Assembly (NCBI GenBank): GCA_044892525.1
Contig: CM097885.1
Coordinates: 29,080,001-29,144,000, forward strand
Direction of reading: 5' to 3'
Length of the DNA stretch: 64,000 nucleotides
DNA from: Schmidtea polychroa
Lineage: Eukaryota
Below are positions 1-13,537 of the stretch, in pieces. Below the pieces are notes generated by a model that searched no databases, had not been told where the DNA came from, and worked only from the letters and a program-made list of their open reading frames with translations. The first letter of the stretch is position 1. Every line of letters starts with the position of its first letter. The translations under genes and the position numbers were made by a program.

Positions 1-3000
1 ATGAACCAATAAGTGTACCATATATTTCTCAAGGGATAAAACTTCGATCGAACTCTCCCAATATTAAATTGCATGGGTTTAAAGATAAGATTCACGAAAG
101 GATGAATAATTGATCTATTGAAATGTCGCCAAGCATATTCAAGGGGGTTATCCCAATGAGAATCAACATCCCGATAACATATCATAAGGTTGCTTCAGTC
201 ACCTCTTTCTTTTTAGGTTTAAACTTGAGAATTTCATTGTGGAAATATCTAGGGGAACAGAATCAATGTTTTGTTGTTTTCGGAATAAATTCGTTTTGGA
301 GATTGGTTGGTTGGTACTCAAGTTCCTGAATTTCTCTTATAAAGGATAAAGCACGTGTTGTCATATAGAGAATTTGGTTGTACATTAACTAGAACTAGTA
401 ATGTCGTGTCCAACGCATTTTGCAAACGTAATAAAAATGATGAGGAAATTAAGAAAAATAATAAAAATGTTTCTCATATTTAACATAATTTTAAAATAAG
501 TAATATTTGTTGCTTCATTATTTAAACAAACACTTTTTGCAAATTATTTTACATAAAAGTCAAAAAATGTACTTTTTAAATGTATTTTGGACATAAAATC
601 ACAACAATAATCAAAATTTTAACAAGATAATCCGATATATTTTGTTTAATCGTAATCACTTTTAAACCTGACAATAAAGCGCCAAAACCGATCTGTATAA
701 AATTATATTAATAAAAATTCACTTAACGTGGCCACTTTTCCTGTTTATGCCCTTAGTAAACTATATGGTTAATCAAGCAGTATTTATTTACATTGAATTT
801 GACAAGATTCAGCAAATGCACTACTGTATTACGAAAAACTTTTACCCTGTTTTCACGCTATAAGCCACTGACTTAAAAGAGTTTTAAAATATTTTTTTAT
901 CTGAAAAAGACTTAATTAAGGCCAATGGCTACTAAGCCTTTTTTCAGATAAAAAAAAATTTCGTTACTGGTAAAAAAATAGAATGATGTTTATTAATTAA
1001 AAGATCTAATCTTTGTATTATATGGAGTTGAATTCATTCTCATTATCACTATTTATCAGAATTGCTTAACATTCTGACCATAACAAGTGTCGGAAATGAT
1101 ATGAATCAGTAAAGATATCGATGTTTTTTGATATTCACCAATTTTCGGCACTGCCTTTTATATATAATGATGATGATGATTTTGAAATTATAATTAAAGA
1201 ATAAAGTGAAATGAAAAGAAATAAAAAACTGAAATTTCGTATTTTTGTATTTTTGCACCAAACCGCTATTTTTAGGATTTTGTAATCTAATATTAATGCA
1301 ATAAAATATTTAAATATCAATTGAAAATATTTATTTAAATAAATATCTATTTCTCATTTAGTTTTTACACATAATATTAATAAATTTGATAAATGAAATG
1401 TAAAATATTTTTGCATGCTTGATTTAATAAAAAAATAAATAATTTTTGTTTGAATATTATTCAAATGTCTAAATAAAACAAAATTTAAATTACGAATTAG
1501 GAATTATTATTTTATTTGAAATTATAATTTTATTTTACCCTTAAAAAGTATCTTAAATTTCAATTTCTGAAAAAAACTAAATTTCACACTTGGAATAAAA
1601 ATTTGAAAATTTTGAAAAATTTGAGTTTTTTTAGTTGGATTTTATCAAGATATCTCAGCAATATTATTTCTATTTGACATTTCATTTCCTTTTTGATAGT
1701 AGTTTCCGAAACAATGAAAATAATTATTATATTATTTCATATATTATTTATTTATTATTTGATATTTTCTAGGTGGACATTTGTTAAAATTTGAATAATT
1801 TATGCAGAAATAGTGGTTCACATTAATTAGTAAAACTTCTTTAAAGATTTTTTGAGTTTTATATCATTCTTCGTCAAAGAACACGCAGAAAATTTATGTT
1901 AAATATAAACGTGATTAGAAGGTAGATAATGGCCCTTTGTCGGCAGTGGGCTAAGAAGTGAAGTGAAGTCAATGTGAAAATCACACTATAGTGAGAGATA
2001 TTTTGGTTTCAGGCATTTTTCGGATATAATTTAAAAGAAACGCTATCGACTGAGAAATGTTTTTTCCGAAACAATTCTAGTTGAAAATATTTTAACGTAT
2101 TTAGTTTGAGTAGACCATTCATATCAAAGATGAGGTGGTATCGCATTTATCAGTTCCAAATGAAACTATTTTTGAAAAATATCCTTAATTTTGACAATAA
2201 ATACATTTTTCCGGTGATGGGTAAACTTTTACTAATTACGTGTGGTCATAATGTGTCGCAGTGACGTCTAGTAGGTTTGTATTTAGCGGCCATTGTTCAA
2301 CATCCAAAAATATCATTGAAGCTGGCTTGATGAAGATAACAGTATCAAACATAATAAAAAATAGTATAAAATTTTATTTTTCATTGAAAAACAAAGACAA
2401 TTTCAATCACGATACTGCAGAAAAATTTATAACAAATAAACATAATAAAAAATTACATTATTCTCTATTGAAAAATTGAAAATTTGTTTAGGTCGTCGGT
2501 GTAACATAAAATTAACAAATGATTATCTTACTCCAAAGTGTGCCTTAGTTGACAACAATAACGAATTCCAGACAATATAAACATTTATTGATCAACAAAT
2601 AATTATCAATTTACAACAACACCAATAATTCAATATTACAAGAATGACTCGGAAGGATTAAAACTTAACTACTGTGCCTGGTCTTGACAATCGGTAGAAT
2701 CGGTTTATTTGCATTTCTAGTTTTAACTCGAAATCACTTGATACTCGTGATTAATAACTTTAATAAATTGTTTCAATTTACTATTTCAATATGGCGATGT
2801 TTTCACCGGTAATTTCGTTATTCACTTTAAGTTTCGTTTTAATTTTGTTTTTTCGTCGGTTTTCTTTTTTTAAAATACTTGTTTTCTTTTTTTCCTTTAC
2901 AAATTGTGTCCATGTATCCAAATTTTGTTTACCTATTTAATTTTTTTTGTATAATGTTGAGTTATTAAATAAGTTTGACAAGAAACAAATTGTAATCTGA

Positions 3001-4999
3001 ATCAATAATTCTTTTGCATTAAATGAACGTAGCCCAACACAAATAAGTTTTATTTCAATACCGTAATTTCAAATATTCAATCGTGCAGTTGTCAACGATT
3101 ACAAACTCGACTTGAATTTACTCTTTATAAAACTTTGGACTAGTGGCAAGTAATCTTAAGGAAAACTATCTCAAACTATTCTCTTCCAAATTTAATGTTC
3201 TTTTTCTTCGACCTCATCGGACTTTTTTTTCATCGGACTTTCTTCATTCTTAATAAACAAAATTAATTTAAACTATTTTACTGGTACTTAACAAGCCAGA
3301 TTATTCCAATCAAACTCGACGATCTTGTTTTTCTACTGAAATGATTAATGTCATCAACAAGGTTTTAATTAATATATTTGTTTGGATTTTTGTATTAGCG
3401 TGGCCTAGGCACAACCACTGATTTAAAATTTATTGATTCCTATTTAACATTTTATTTGCTACCCCCTCATACTTTTTTCACTCGAGAAATATTGATTTAT
3501 CGAATTTTAAATAATTTTTTCTCACTTAATTGTTTTTTTAATTTTATAGAACTTTTAATTTATTTGCCTTTGACTTTTGATTCATTAAGTTCATAATTCC
3601 TGTCAAGGGAACTTGATGATTTTCGTGATCCCAACAAAACTTACATTTAAAAGGAGTTTATTTATGAAGAACTTAAAAGATGGAGAAAAGTCAAGCTAAA
3701 TAAATAAAATATTTTTGTTGTATGTATAATATTTTATTGTAGCGTATTTTAAATAAACATTAAGTAAAAAACAACTTATTTTTGAGACACTGTAATAAAA
3801 GAAAGGAGTATGAGAAAATATTAAATTAAATTTTTTAATAGAAAAAAATTTTTATTTTTTGCTTCTAATAATTTGTCAACTTTCACGAAATTCCGAAATA
3901 GGTAATTGAAAAAATTTGCATTTTGTAGATATATTTTTTCAAAAAGACTATTTATTTCCATTTACTAATTATGAATTCTTATCAGTAAATGCAGCTCGGA
4001 AAGCGTCTCAAAGTCAATGGAAGCCATTTTTAGAAATCAGTCAATTTTTTATTTTATTATTATTCTTTAATAAATTATATTTTTCAAAATGAATGCCATT
4101 TACTAATGTAATTGAATTAGATTGTTCAGAAAGTTCATTCCAATTTTATATATATTTGATTATTTTTTGAAAATTAATATGTAAATATTTTATCATTTGT
4201 TTTATTACATTGAATGTAGTAATTTTGAATTGCATTTTTTTAAATTATTACGAAAATTTATAAACTTTTTTATTATATAAATATTTTCAGATCAAAGATA
4301 TGATAAATAATAAACGTTTGAATTTTTTTATTGGCAATGAGATAATAAAAATGTTGCGTAAATTCTTAAAATGTTTATTGAGCATATGTTAGGTAAAGAA
4401 TTAAAGAATAAGAAAAATGGTGTCAATAGTTCTACGGCATAACAATAGGTTAGCAAAACTAAGCAATGTTTTGAGGTCTCAAGTTAAGTGGTCTCATAAA
4501 GACCCATACCGTATGAAAGGACTCGAAAGAAACTAGAAAATATATTTTATGACAAATATAAAATGTAATATTTTCTTGGTTTAAAATACTAGTTATTTCT
4601 TATCCAATCATATTTATTTAAACTTGATCAATTTTCATTCGTTCAAAAAGTTCAACTGCCAAAAGGGAGTCTAAATTTTATAATTATAGCTTTATGCAAG
4701 TTCAATGTTAGTAATATTAAAGTGAGTACAATATGAGCAATCTCAATATAAAGCACTTTCAAAATAATTTGTGTAGATTCCAGTCTAACAGGAATCCTCG
4801 ACTCTCAAAAAATATTTTCAGCTAATATGGGGCAGTACTTTTTTTGGAGACACCCCCCATAAAAAAATTTTAATTTGGTTCTAACTGATGGTTACGTAAT
4901 TTTTCATTACTATTTTTTACTTAAAATTTTTGTTTAAATTGACGATTAAATATTTTTTGAAATTTACATCATCAAAAAAGAATCAAGGAAATAAAATTG

Positions 5000-5560
5000 A
5001 TACCAGGTGAGACAGCACGAGATGAAATCGTTCTTGATGCAGCCACTTCATTAAAGATAAAAGTCCATAACGTTATTTTTAGTGGGAATAGAACGCCGAT
5101 TTTTCGTATCTAGATCCGAAACGTTTCCCTGAGGACCGGAATAATAAACTTCAATATGGTAAACTAGAAGAATTACCCAAACTCATGTTAAAATTTGATG
5201 AAACAGCTACGGGTGAAAATTTGCGGACTGAATTAGGAAATTAACTTTGCATTGGGAAAAATTGAAAAATTCTGAATTAGAAGATTAAAAAATAATCAAA
5301 GAAAATAATTCAAATGAGGATAACGACGAATTGACTTTGGAGAAAGAAGAAGAAAAAATGTGTCTAACATGTGAAACACGTGCATGCAAAAATTGTGCTA
5401 TTTGTTGTTACAAAATATTACTTAGATTTATTGACAAATGCCTATAATTTATTTGGACTAACATTAAAATATTTGCTGACATGGTCATTGAGCCAAGTTG
5501 CTTGTAGGCAATCTTTTTCTACATTAAAAGTAATTAAAAATCGCTTCGAAAGTGATTAAA
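5000..5560 (+). mobile_element. Degenerate hAT transposase C-terminal fragment
   Basis: Translates to FSYLDPKRFPE (~5100) and LKYLLTWSLSQVACRQSFSTLKVIKNRF, resembling the hAT dimerisation motif (xCERSFSxLKxIKNxLR); stops and frameshifts present. Confidence 0.6.
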
Positions 5561-5821
5561 TACAAAATATTAAAATAATTTTGAAATAGTATATATATAT
5601 ATATATTGTTTCCGCCGATTTGGCGTGGGTTTCGTGTCGCGTCTGTGTGCGCGGTATGATTAGACAGAATTTTGTTAGTGTGCGCACACAGACGCGAGAA
5701 GTAGATTTTTATTTTTATATTGAAAGTTTTTATATTAGATCTTGTAGAATAGAATTAATTGTTTTCTGGAGGTTATAAAGTGAATTTGTTTTAACCGGTT
5801 ATATTTTGGTGAATTTTTGAA

Positions 5822-6207
5822 ATGAAGAATCTAAAAGAATCGTTGGAAAATGTTATTAAATCATCTGGTGAATATTATGACACTTCTATTAGACCAAGTA
5901 TTGACAGAATAATTGCTGCAAAAGATAATGCTATATATGATGCTGGAAATTCGTTTAGAATTACAAGTCAAACCATAGATTTTTGGTCAAATGCCACTAA
6001 TAGTTTTGTTCATCGTTTCATGTCAAAGAATAATAAAGCAGAATTTGGAACTGCCGAAAAGAAGGAATATGATATTCTATTTATTCGAGCTCTTAAAAGG
6101 ATAAACACAATTCAAATGTTTGCTAGCAAAAGTGTTGAACAATTATCCAATGTTTTGAATACAATATACGATCAATCAGTGACAAAAAACAAAGAATGGT
6201 TGAAACA

Positions 6208-6243
<36 letters not shown>

Positions 6244-6268
6244 ACATGGAAATGTAGTGTTTTTGTGA
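5822..6268 (+). CDS. Unidentified ORF (~129 informative codons, then runs into a (TA)n/(TG)n microsatellite)
   Basis: ATG-initiated, normal amino-acid composition in AT-rich DNA, no recognisable motif; lies in a block bounded by (TA)n tracts at ~5590 and ~6208. Confidence 0.35.
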
Positions 6269-7812
6269 GAAGTAGGGGCCCGACGTCTCTAAAATATCCC
6301 AGCCGATTTAAGGTTCCAGTCTGGGCCTGGTTCACTCAGAATTATCGGGTACTCATTGTAGGTAATAATCTCCTTCTGATATTATTTTTAATTTAACAAC
6401 CAAATTGTTTTTCGCCATGTATTTTCTACGACCTGTGCGCACTTATAAATAACAGTATGTATATTTGACTTCCGATATGCTTTAATTTTTTAAATATTCA
6501 ACTCTATATTTTCTCCTCATTATAATAATAACATCTTGCCGGATTCATCTAGTTTTAATCTGATAAAACTAGTGAAAGTCGGATAAGATCTTATTGTTAC
6601 ACCTTGAAAGTAATATAAATATTCAAAGAACACAATACTTACGTTACTGGACCTGTGAATTCTAAACAAATTTCTATGTACATTGAATGTCTAAAAACTT
6701 ATGAAATTGTTCATCCTCAGTTCCATAATTGAATAGTTTTGCAATTTTTGATGGAACTCTATTCACATTTTAATAAAAGTGCAGATAAAAAAGACATATA
6801 TATCCTGCTAGTTCATATATTTTTTTTAATTGCTATATGCCTTTTTAGAATCTAGTTATAAATACTTAATTCACAATTTGATATAGATTTATCTGCGCCT
6901 TTATTGGTGGATACCATCAATGAAATATCATACAAAATTTAATCATTTAATTTTGGAATATTGTAGGCGACAGTATGATTTTTAACTAATAATTTTGTAG
7001 TTCGAGATTTGAAGTATGTATTTAAAAATAAGTATTAAAACAAAATTTAATTAAAACACGAATTGTTTCATTAATGCTTTATTTATGAAAGATATTTTAT
7101 AAGTAAATTTATTATTTAAATTATTTATAAACTTTATTTAAATGTCTGAATGAATTTTATTGAAAATTTTAAATATGTATCCATCGGGATTTTTTTTAAA
7201 AAATCAATTAAATATAAAGTAATTAATAAATGATAAAATATGCCTTTGCTGGAAATTTCAAATTTTATTCAAAAAATGAGAATATTTCTTTTATGAAATA
7301 ATTCCCTTCGAAGATTATTTTTTTTAATATTTTAATTTCTAAATAAATTCGAAGAATAAAATAAATAAATATATTTACTTTGATTTCTTAACATCAAAAC
7401 AATAATAAATTAATGATCAGAGAAATAGGGCAAAGTTATAATAATTGAAAAACGCCAACTAAATATATTGATTAACATCAAGCTATATATTTCGACCGTA
7501 TAACAGTATTCTTCGGGCTAGAAATCGTATTAATTATTAATTATTATTGTAAGATGATATAATAATTTCCAACGAATTACTTAAATAACCAGGTCACTAG
7601 ACCTTGATATCTATTGAATGATGCGGGAATGCTTGTATAACTAAATTAAGTAAGTATGTTTGTCTTCTGTGTCAACAGTATCACTTAAACTAATAATTCT
7701 CCCTTTTGTAGATTACGCAATTCAATGTACTATAAATAGTATAACGATTGTGTGTTCCGTTTAGATTTTTGAAGTGAATAAAGATTTCTGTAAAACTATG
7801 TCTTCTTCTAAC

Positions 7813-8886
7813 ATGGCGACCACGCCAGGACTCCAGAACTATATCAAGCCACCTAATCAATTGCTGCCAAATGGTGATTTAGAAATTTTTATTTTGGAAT
7901 TGAAGAGATTTTTCGAAGTCACTCAACAACCGCAAGAAACTCAAGAAATTTTTACCAAGGCCTTTCTGTCGGTAGAGTTGATCCAGAAATAGGAAGAAGT
8001 ACAGAGCGATTATTCAGGCTATGAAGGAAGATTAAGAAAAGCGTTCGAGCCAAGGAAAAATCTAGCCATGGATCTAGACGCAGCTTTAAGATATCGAAAA
8101 GGAAATGACTCGTGCACCGAATTTTTCAATAAAGTGGAAAAGCTCGTCGACAATGTTCTTCGACACAAATTAACAAAACCGGCATTAATGTTATTTTTAA
8201 TGCAGAATGCAATGAAAGATATGGAAACAAAAAAAGAATTGAAATTAAGAGAAGTTAAATCAGTAGATAAGGCCAAGGAAGTGATATCAAGAATGGAAGA
8301 AATTCAAAAAGAGCTTTCAAGTGAACAATCATTAGCATCTCTACATGAAAATAAATCATATGCGGAGACAGTCAAAAGTCCGAGAAAAACTCAGTTGTAC
8401 CAACAGAATAAGACGCCAATATTTTCTCACTCTAGAACCAATGAGGCCGTGAACTTCAATATGCCAAATAAAAGTGACTGGAAGAACGGGACCAGGCGAT
8501 TTAGACTGCAGAGATGTTGGGCGTGTGGAGAGCAAGGACATATTCGAGCAGAATACCCAAACGTAAAATGCTCTCAATGTTCCAAAAATGGTCATTTTAA
8601 GTATCAATGTTGGGACATCTGAAGAAATTCAGTTAAAACAGAAGCATATTACAAAGGAAGAAATTATGATAGAAATCAAAAACAATTTGGATCCAGAGGA
8701 CAATATCAAAGCAGAAACCAATCTTCAGACAGCGGACCACATCGAAGACAATGCAATGCGATATACGACTACGAATACGAGGAAAGAGAGCTGATTCAAC
8801 AGGATGACATGCAAAAAGATTTCGAACAGATAAAAGGGGAGGCTCCAGTTTCAAGGGAGTTGCTAGGAGCCATAAATTTGGTTTAA
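7813..8886 (+). pseudogene. gag: gag of element 1 with CCHC zinc knuckles, two in-frame stops
   Basis: MATTPGLQNY...; CWACGEQGHIRAEY, CSQCSKNGHFKYQC; stops at 7990-7992 and 8620-8622 in one frame, ends ...RELLGAINLV*. Confidence 0.85.
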
Positions 8887-11800
8887 GTAAGTATATTGTT
8901 GACACAGAATGTTTGAATTTGAATGCTTGTGATTTCAAGATTTCCGTAATGAATGAATTTAAAGATGATTTAAAAATTAATGATGTAATTATGAATGATT
9001 GTGAATGTTTTGACTTTGAAAATTATTTTGAATATAGTTTTTATGAAATTAATAACAAAATTGATAAGATTATGAGTATCGATATAATTAATAATAAAGT
9101 TAATGAAAATAAAGAAAGACCTTTTGCACCTAAATTCGTTTATGAAAGAATGAATGGCAGACCTAGTGTGGGTATTTGGCTGGAAAATAAAATAAAAGTT
9201 GATTGTCTTTTGGATACCGGGGCTAGAATAAACGTGATTAGCGAAGATGTTGTTAGCAAATTAAAGATGCGTGATAAAATAGGGGAATCCAATATTATGG
9301 TTACATGTGCAAATGAGAGCACACTTAAAATCATAGGAACAATATTACTAAAAGTGAGAATTTCGGGATTAGAATTGGTAATAAGATTCTTTGTGGCAAA
9401 TAAGATTAACCCGAGCGTAATTGCAGGCGTAGAAATGATGAATTGTTTTGATATTAAATTACAGGCAGTAACTAAAGTAAAATTAAAAAATCAATTAATG
9501 AATTTAGAGGAAAAGAATTTGAAAGGAATTATCGACCCAACGATTAATAAATTACTTAAAGAATTTTCGGATATATTCATGAAAAATAAATGGGATGTAG
9601 GAAAAACACAGTTAATTAAACATAAGATAGTTACTAGAAGTAGCCCAGTGACAATTAATCCTAGACGTCAGCCGATTCATATTGCTCACAAAATACAAGA
9701 CATACTAAAAGACATGGAAGAAGCAGGAATTATAAAAAAATGTGACTCGGTGTGGAATAGCCCATTGGTATGTGTGTTAAAAAAGAATAAATCAGATATT
9801 AGAATATGTTTGGATTTTCGGGCACTAAATGCAATTACGGAGAGACCTCGATTTCCAATACCAAATATTGAAGGGATGATGGATATCCTAAATGGAGCAC
9901 AGATATTTAGCACTATCGATCTTGGTAATGCTTATTATCAAGTGGAATTAGAAGAGGAATCAAAAATAATGACTGCATTTTCAACAAAAGATGGTCAATA
10001 TTGTTTTAACCGAATGCCTTTTGGAATTGCAGCTGCCCCAGCAACTTTTCAAAAATTAATGACTCAAGTTTTGGGTGATCTTAATTGGAGAGAAGCAATT
10101 GTCTATTTAGACGATATCCTTATATTTGCAGACAATGAAATCGAACATAAAAAAAGACTAGAAAGAGTTTTTCGAAAGATTCAAGAGGCTGGTTTGAAAA
10201 TAAGCTTAGAAAAATGTTGTTTTAACAAACTAGAAATAAAATTTTTGGGACACATTATTAATCAAAATGGTATTAAGACAGATTATGAAAAGATAAAAGC
10301 AATGCAAGAATACGAAAAACCAAAATGTATTAAACGTTTAAGAAGCTTTCAAGGCTTAACAAATTATTATCGAAAATTTGTTAAAGATTACGCCAAGTAT
10401 GCCAGACCATTAGAAAGGTTATGTGGGTCTTACAAAGATAAACTTATATGGACTGAAGAATGTGAAACAAATTTCAAACCGCTAAAGAAAGCGTTAACGT
10501 CTACCCCAGTACTAGGATTTCCGGATTTACGAAAAACCTTTATTTTAGATACAGATGCTAGTTTCGATACGATTGGGGGAGTGCTTTCGCAGTTGAGTAG
10601 TAATGGACAAGAACAAGTTATTGCATATGGATCAAAGACAATGAATAAGCACGAAATCGGTTACTGTATTACGCGAAAGGAATTGCTTGCAATCTATCAT
10701 TTTACTCAGCATTTCAAACACTATCTGTATGGAAAAAGATTTACTTTAAGAACCGATCATAAAGCTATAACCTTTATGATAAATACAAAAAAGCCAATTA
10801 CAGCACAATTCCAAACATGGATTAACTATTTAAGTGGGCTAGATATCAAATTAGAATACAGAAAAGGAGAATTGCATGCTAACGCAGATGCCCTATCAAG
10901 AAAAGACTGTACTTCATGTAGTCAGTGCCAAACAGTTCATGAAAACGCCAAGGTAGATAAAAATAAAACTAAAATATTGGCCATAGAAAATATGGACCAA
11001 GAAATAAGAGTAAATAATGAAGGTATAATTTTTAATATACATAAAGACTTATGTCACGCAGAGGTAAAAAAAATTTACGAATATGCACGGAAAAATATGA
11101 AAATGAAAATTAGTGAAAATGAAGTTAGAAGAGTGATTGAAAATTGTGAACAGTGTCAGAAACGGAAGACGTGGACAAGACGAACAAAAGAACCGCTGAT
11201 TAAACAGAGTACAGATGAAGTTTTCAAAGAGATATTTATTGATTTCTGCGGACCATTTAAGAAAACAATTCATGGAAAACAATATATTTTAGCTATAATT
11301 GACCAATTCAGTAGGTATATATCATTGACGGCAGTTGCTCATCAGGATTAAAAGACGACGGCAAAGATTTTAAGAGAAAATTGGATTTTGAAATTTGGTG
11401 CCCCTAAAATCATTCACTCCGATAGAGGAAAAACATTTGAATATCAACTCCTTTTAGAAGTGTTGAAAACTCATCATATTACAATAATATATTCAAGCCC
11501 ATATCATCATAGTACAAACGGGTTAGTTGAGAGGCAATTTAGAACTATAAGGGATGCAATTGCAATTACGTTAAAAGACAAACGGCATAAAGATTGGGCA
11601 GAAATATTGCCAGATGTGGAATTTATGTTAAATGCGACGATACAGCAGACAACCGGATTTTCGCCCTCTGACATAATATTTGGGCAGAATATTTGTAGAC
11701 AATGGATGGAAAAAGAGAATTTGGATATACAAAATAATGATGCTAATAATCGGAGAAGGGAGATCGTGGAGGGAATTAAACATAAACAAAACATAGAAAA

Positions 11801-12014
11801 GAATTTAATTACAGTAAATTATAGGAATTTTGAAGTTGGAGACCAAGTATTGGTCAAAAAAGAAAATACAAGAAAGATGGATGAACGTTATGAAGGGCCT
11901 TATGAAATAACTGGAAAACGACATGACAGAAGCTATGTTCTAAAGAATAAGCAAGGCAAAGAAATAATTCGAAATGTAGAATGGATCAAAAGTTTTAAAT
12001 GGAGGGGGATGTAA
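8808..12014 (+). pseudogene. pol: pol of element 1 (protease, RT, RNase H, integrase), one in-frame stop at 11349-11351
   Basis: LLDTGA, YLDD, TDAS, RTDH, integrase IDF / SDRG / NGLVER, GPY motif; -1 frame relative to gag. Confidence 0.95.
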
Positions 12015-13017
12015 GATGATATAATAATTTCCAACGAATTACTTACATAACCAGGTCACTAGACCTTGATATCTATTGAATGATGCGGGAATGCTTGTAT
12101 AACTAAATTAAGTAAGTATGTTTGTCTTCTGTGTCAACAGTATCACTTAAACTAATAATTCTCCCTTTTGTAGATTGCGCAATTCAATGTACTATAAATA
12201 GTATAACGATTGTGTGTTCCGTTTAGATTTTTGAAGTGAATAAAGATTTCTGTAAAACTATGTCTTCTTCTAACAATTATTAATAATACGAAATTATTAA
12301 AAATACGATTTCTAACCTAAACGGTCGAAATATAAAGCGTGATTTTATACAATATATTTAATTGGCGTTTGTCAATAATAAATTGTTATAATAAATATTA
12401 ATACTATACTAGTAAAAATTTCAAATATTATTATTCCTATTATTATTATTAATCTCTTGAGAGTCTACCAGCTGAGTCAAAAGAAATTTGTTATTTATGA
12501 GTGTGTACCAAATATTATAAAATGGATTATAAATATAATTAATTGTTTATATAATCTGATTATGTGCGATAAAAACAAAAAAATAAGGAATTGGTATATT
12601 TTTACTTTGATTGGTGTAAATTATTCATTTATTACTGACGTTATTTATTATTTTGGGATATTCATAAATTTATACATTAATTCTAGCGTTACGAAATGTT
12701 CCCCTCATCAAAAATGCAATTTCCTTTTCTCACGTTTTTAAATAGAAATTCAATTTCATTCTCATCGAGAAATTCTGTCAGTGAATTTCAACATTTGGAA
12801 GGAATGGTAAAATTCACTTGTCCACTTATTAATTATTACTAACTTATTCTTTTCCTTCAATAACCTAATTATCCGATTCTTGATAATGATAATAATAATT
12901 ATTAACAATTTGTGTAAAAATATTTTTTAATACATGGCTTATAACAATATTAATAATGTAATGTAATTTGATATTGTTTATTTCTAATAAACACGCGTTA
13001 TTTCGTTATTTGTGTTA

Positions 13018-13157
<140 letters not shown>

Positions 13158-13272
13158 TTTTGCATCAAGGAGCTTATCTTATCATAAACTTGTTTAACAT
13201 TTAATTATTGCAATAAACGATCATTTTATAGATAATAATAATAATAATAATATTATTATCATTTTATAATAT

Positions 13273-13416
<144 letters not shown>

Positions 13417-13537
13417 GGTTATTTCATATTTGTATAGAAGGAACTTAATATCAAACAAAAATGCTTTTTAAATTTAAAATATAAACTACAATTCCATCTT
13501 ATATAATTTATAACTTGAAATTGTTAATTAATATTAG

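Larger units (their letters stand above)
7548..12275 (+). mobile_element. Ty3/Gypsy LTR retrotransposon 1, full length, few inactivating stops
   Basis: 266-bp LTRs 7548-7813 and 12010-12275 (TG...CA, 2 differences seen), TSD ATTAT (7543-7547, 12276-12280), PBS TGGCGACCACGCCAGG at 7814, PPT ending 12009, order gag-PR-RT-RH-IN. Confidence 0.97.
7441..12378. repeat. Imperfect ~80-90 bp inverted repeat (7441-7531 / 12301-12378) bracketing Gypsy element 1; possible Penelope pseudo-LTR remnant
   Basis: Left aaaaacgccaactaaatatattg...tatatttcgaccg...ctagaaatcgtatt matches the reverse complement of right aatacgatttcta...cggtcgaaatata...caatatatttaattggcgttt. Confidence 0.75.

Noticed and set aside
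1..420. Coding-like composition and a Helitron-like CTAG end at ~395
   Set aside because: No recognisable protein motif; too fragmentary
2500..3413. Possible minus-strand solo LTR (TGT...ACA, AATAAA)
   Set aside because: No TSD and no second copy in the window to fix boundaries
8019..11794. Antisense ORFs over gag/pol (likewise over elements 2-4 and the hAT ORF, e.g. 43536-43979)
   Set aside because: Shadow ORFs of the coding strand with no motifs
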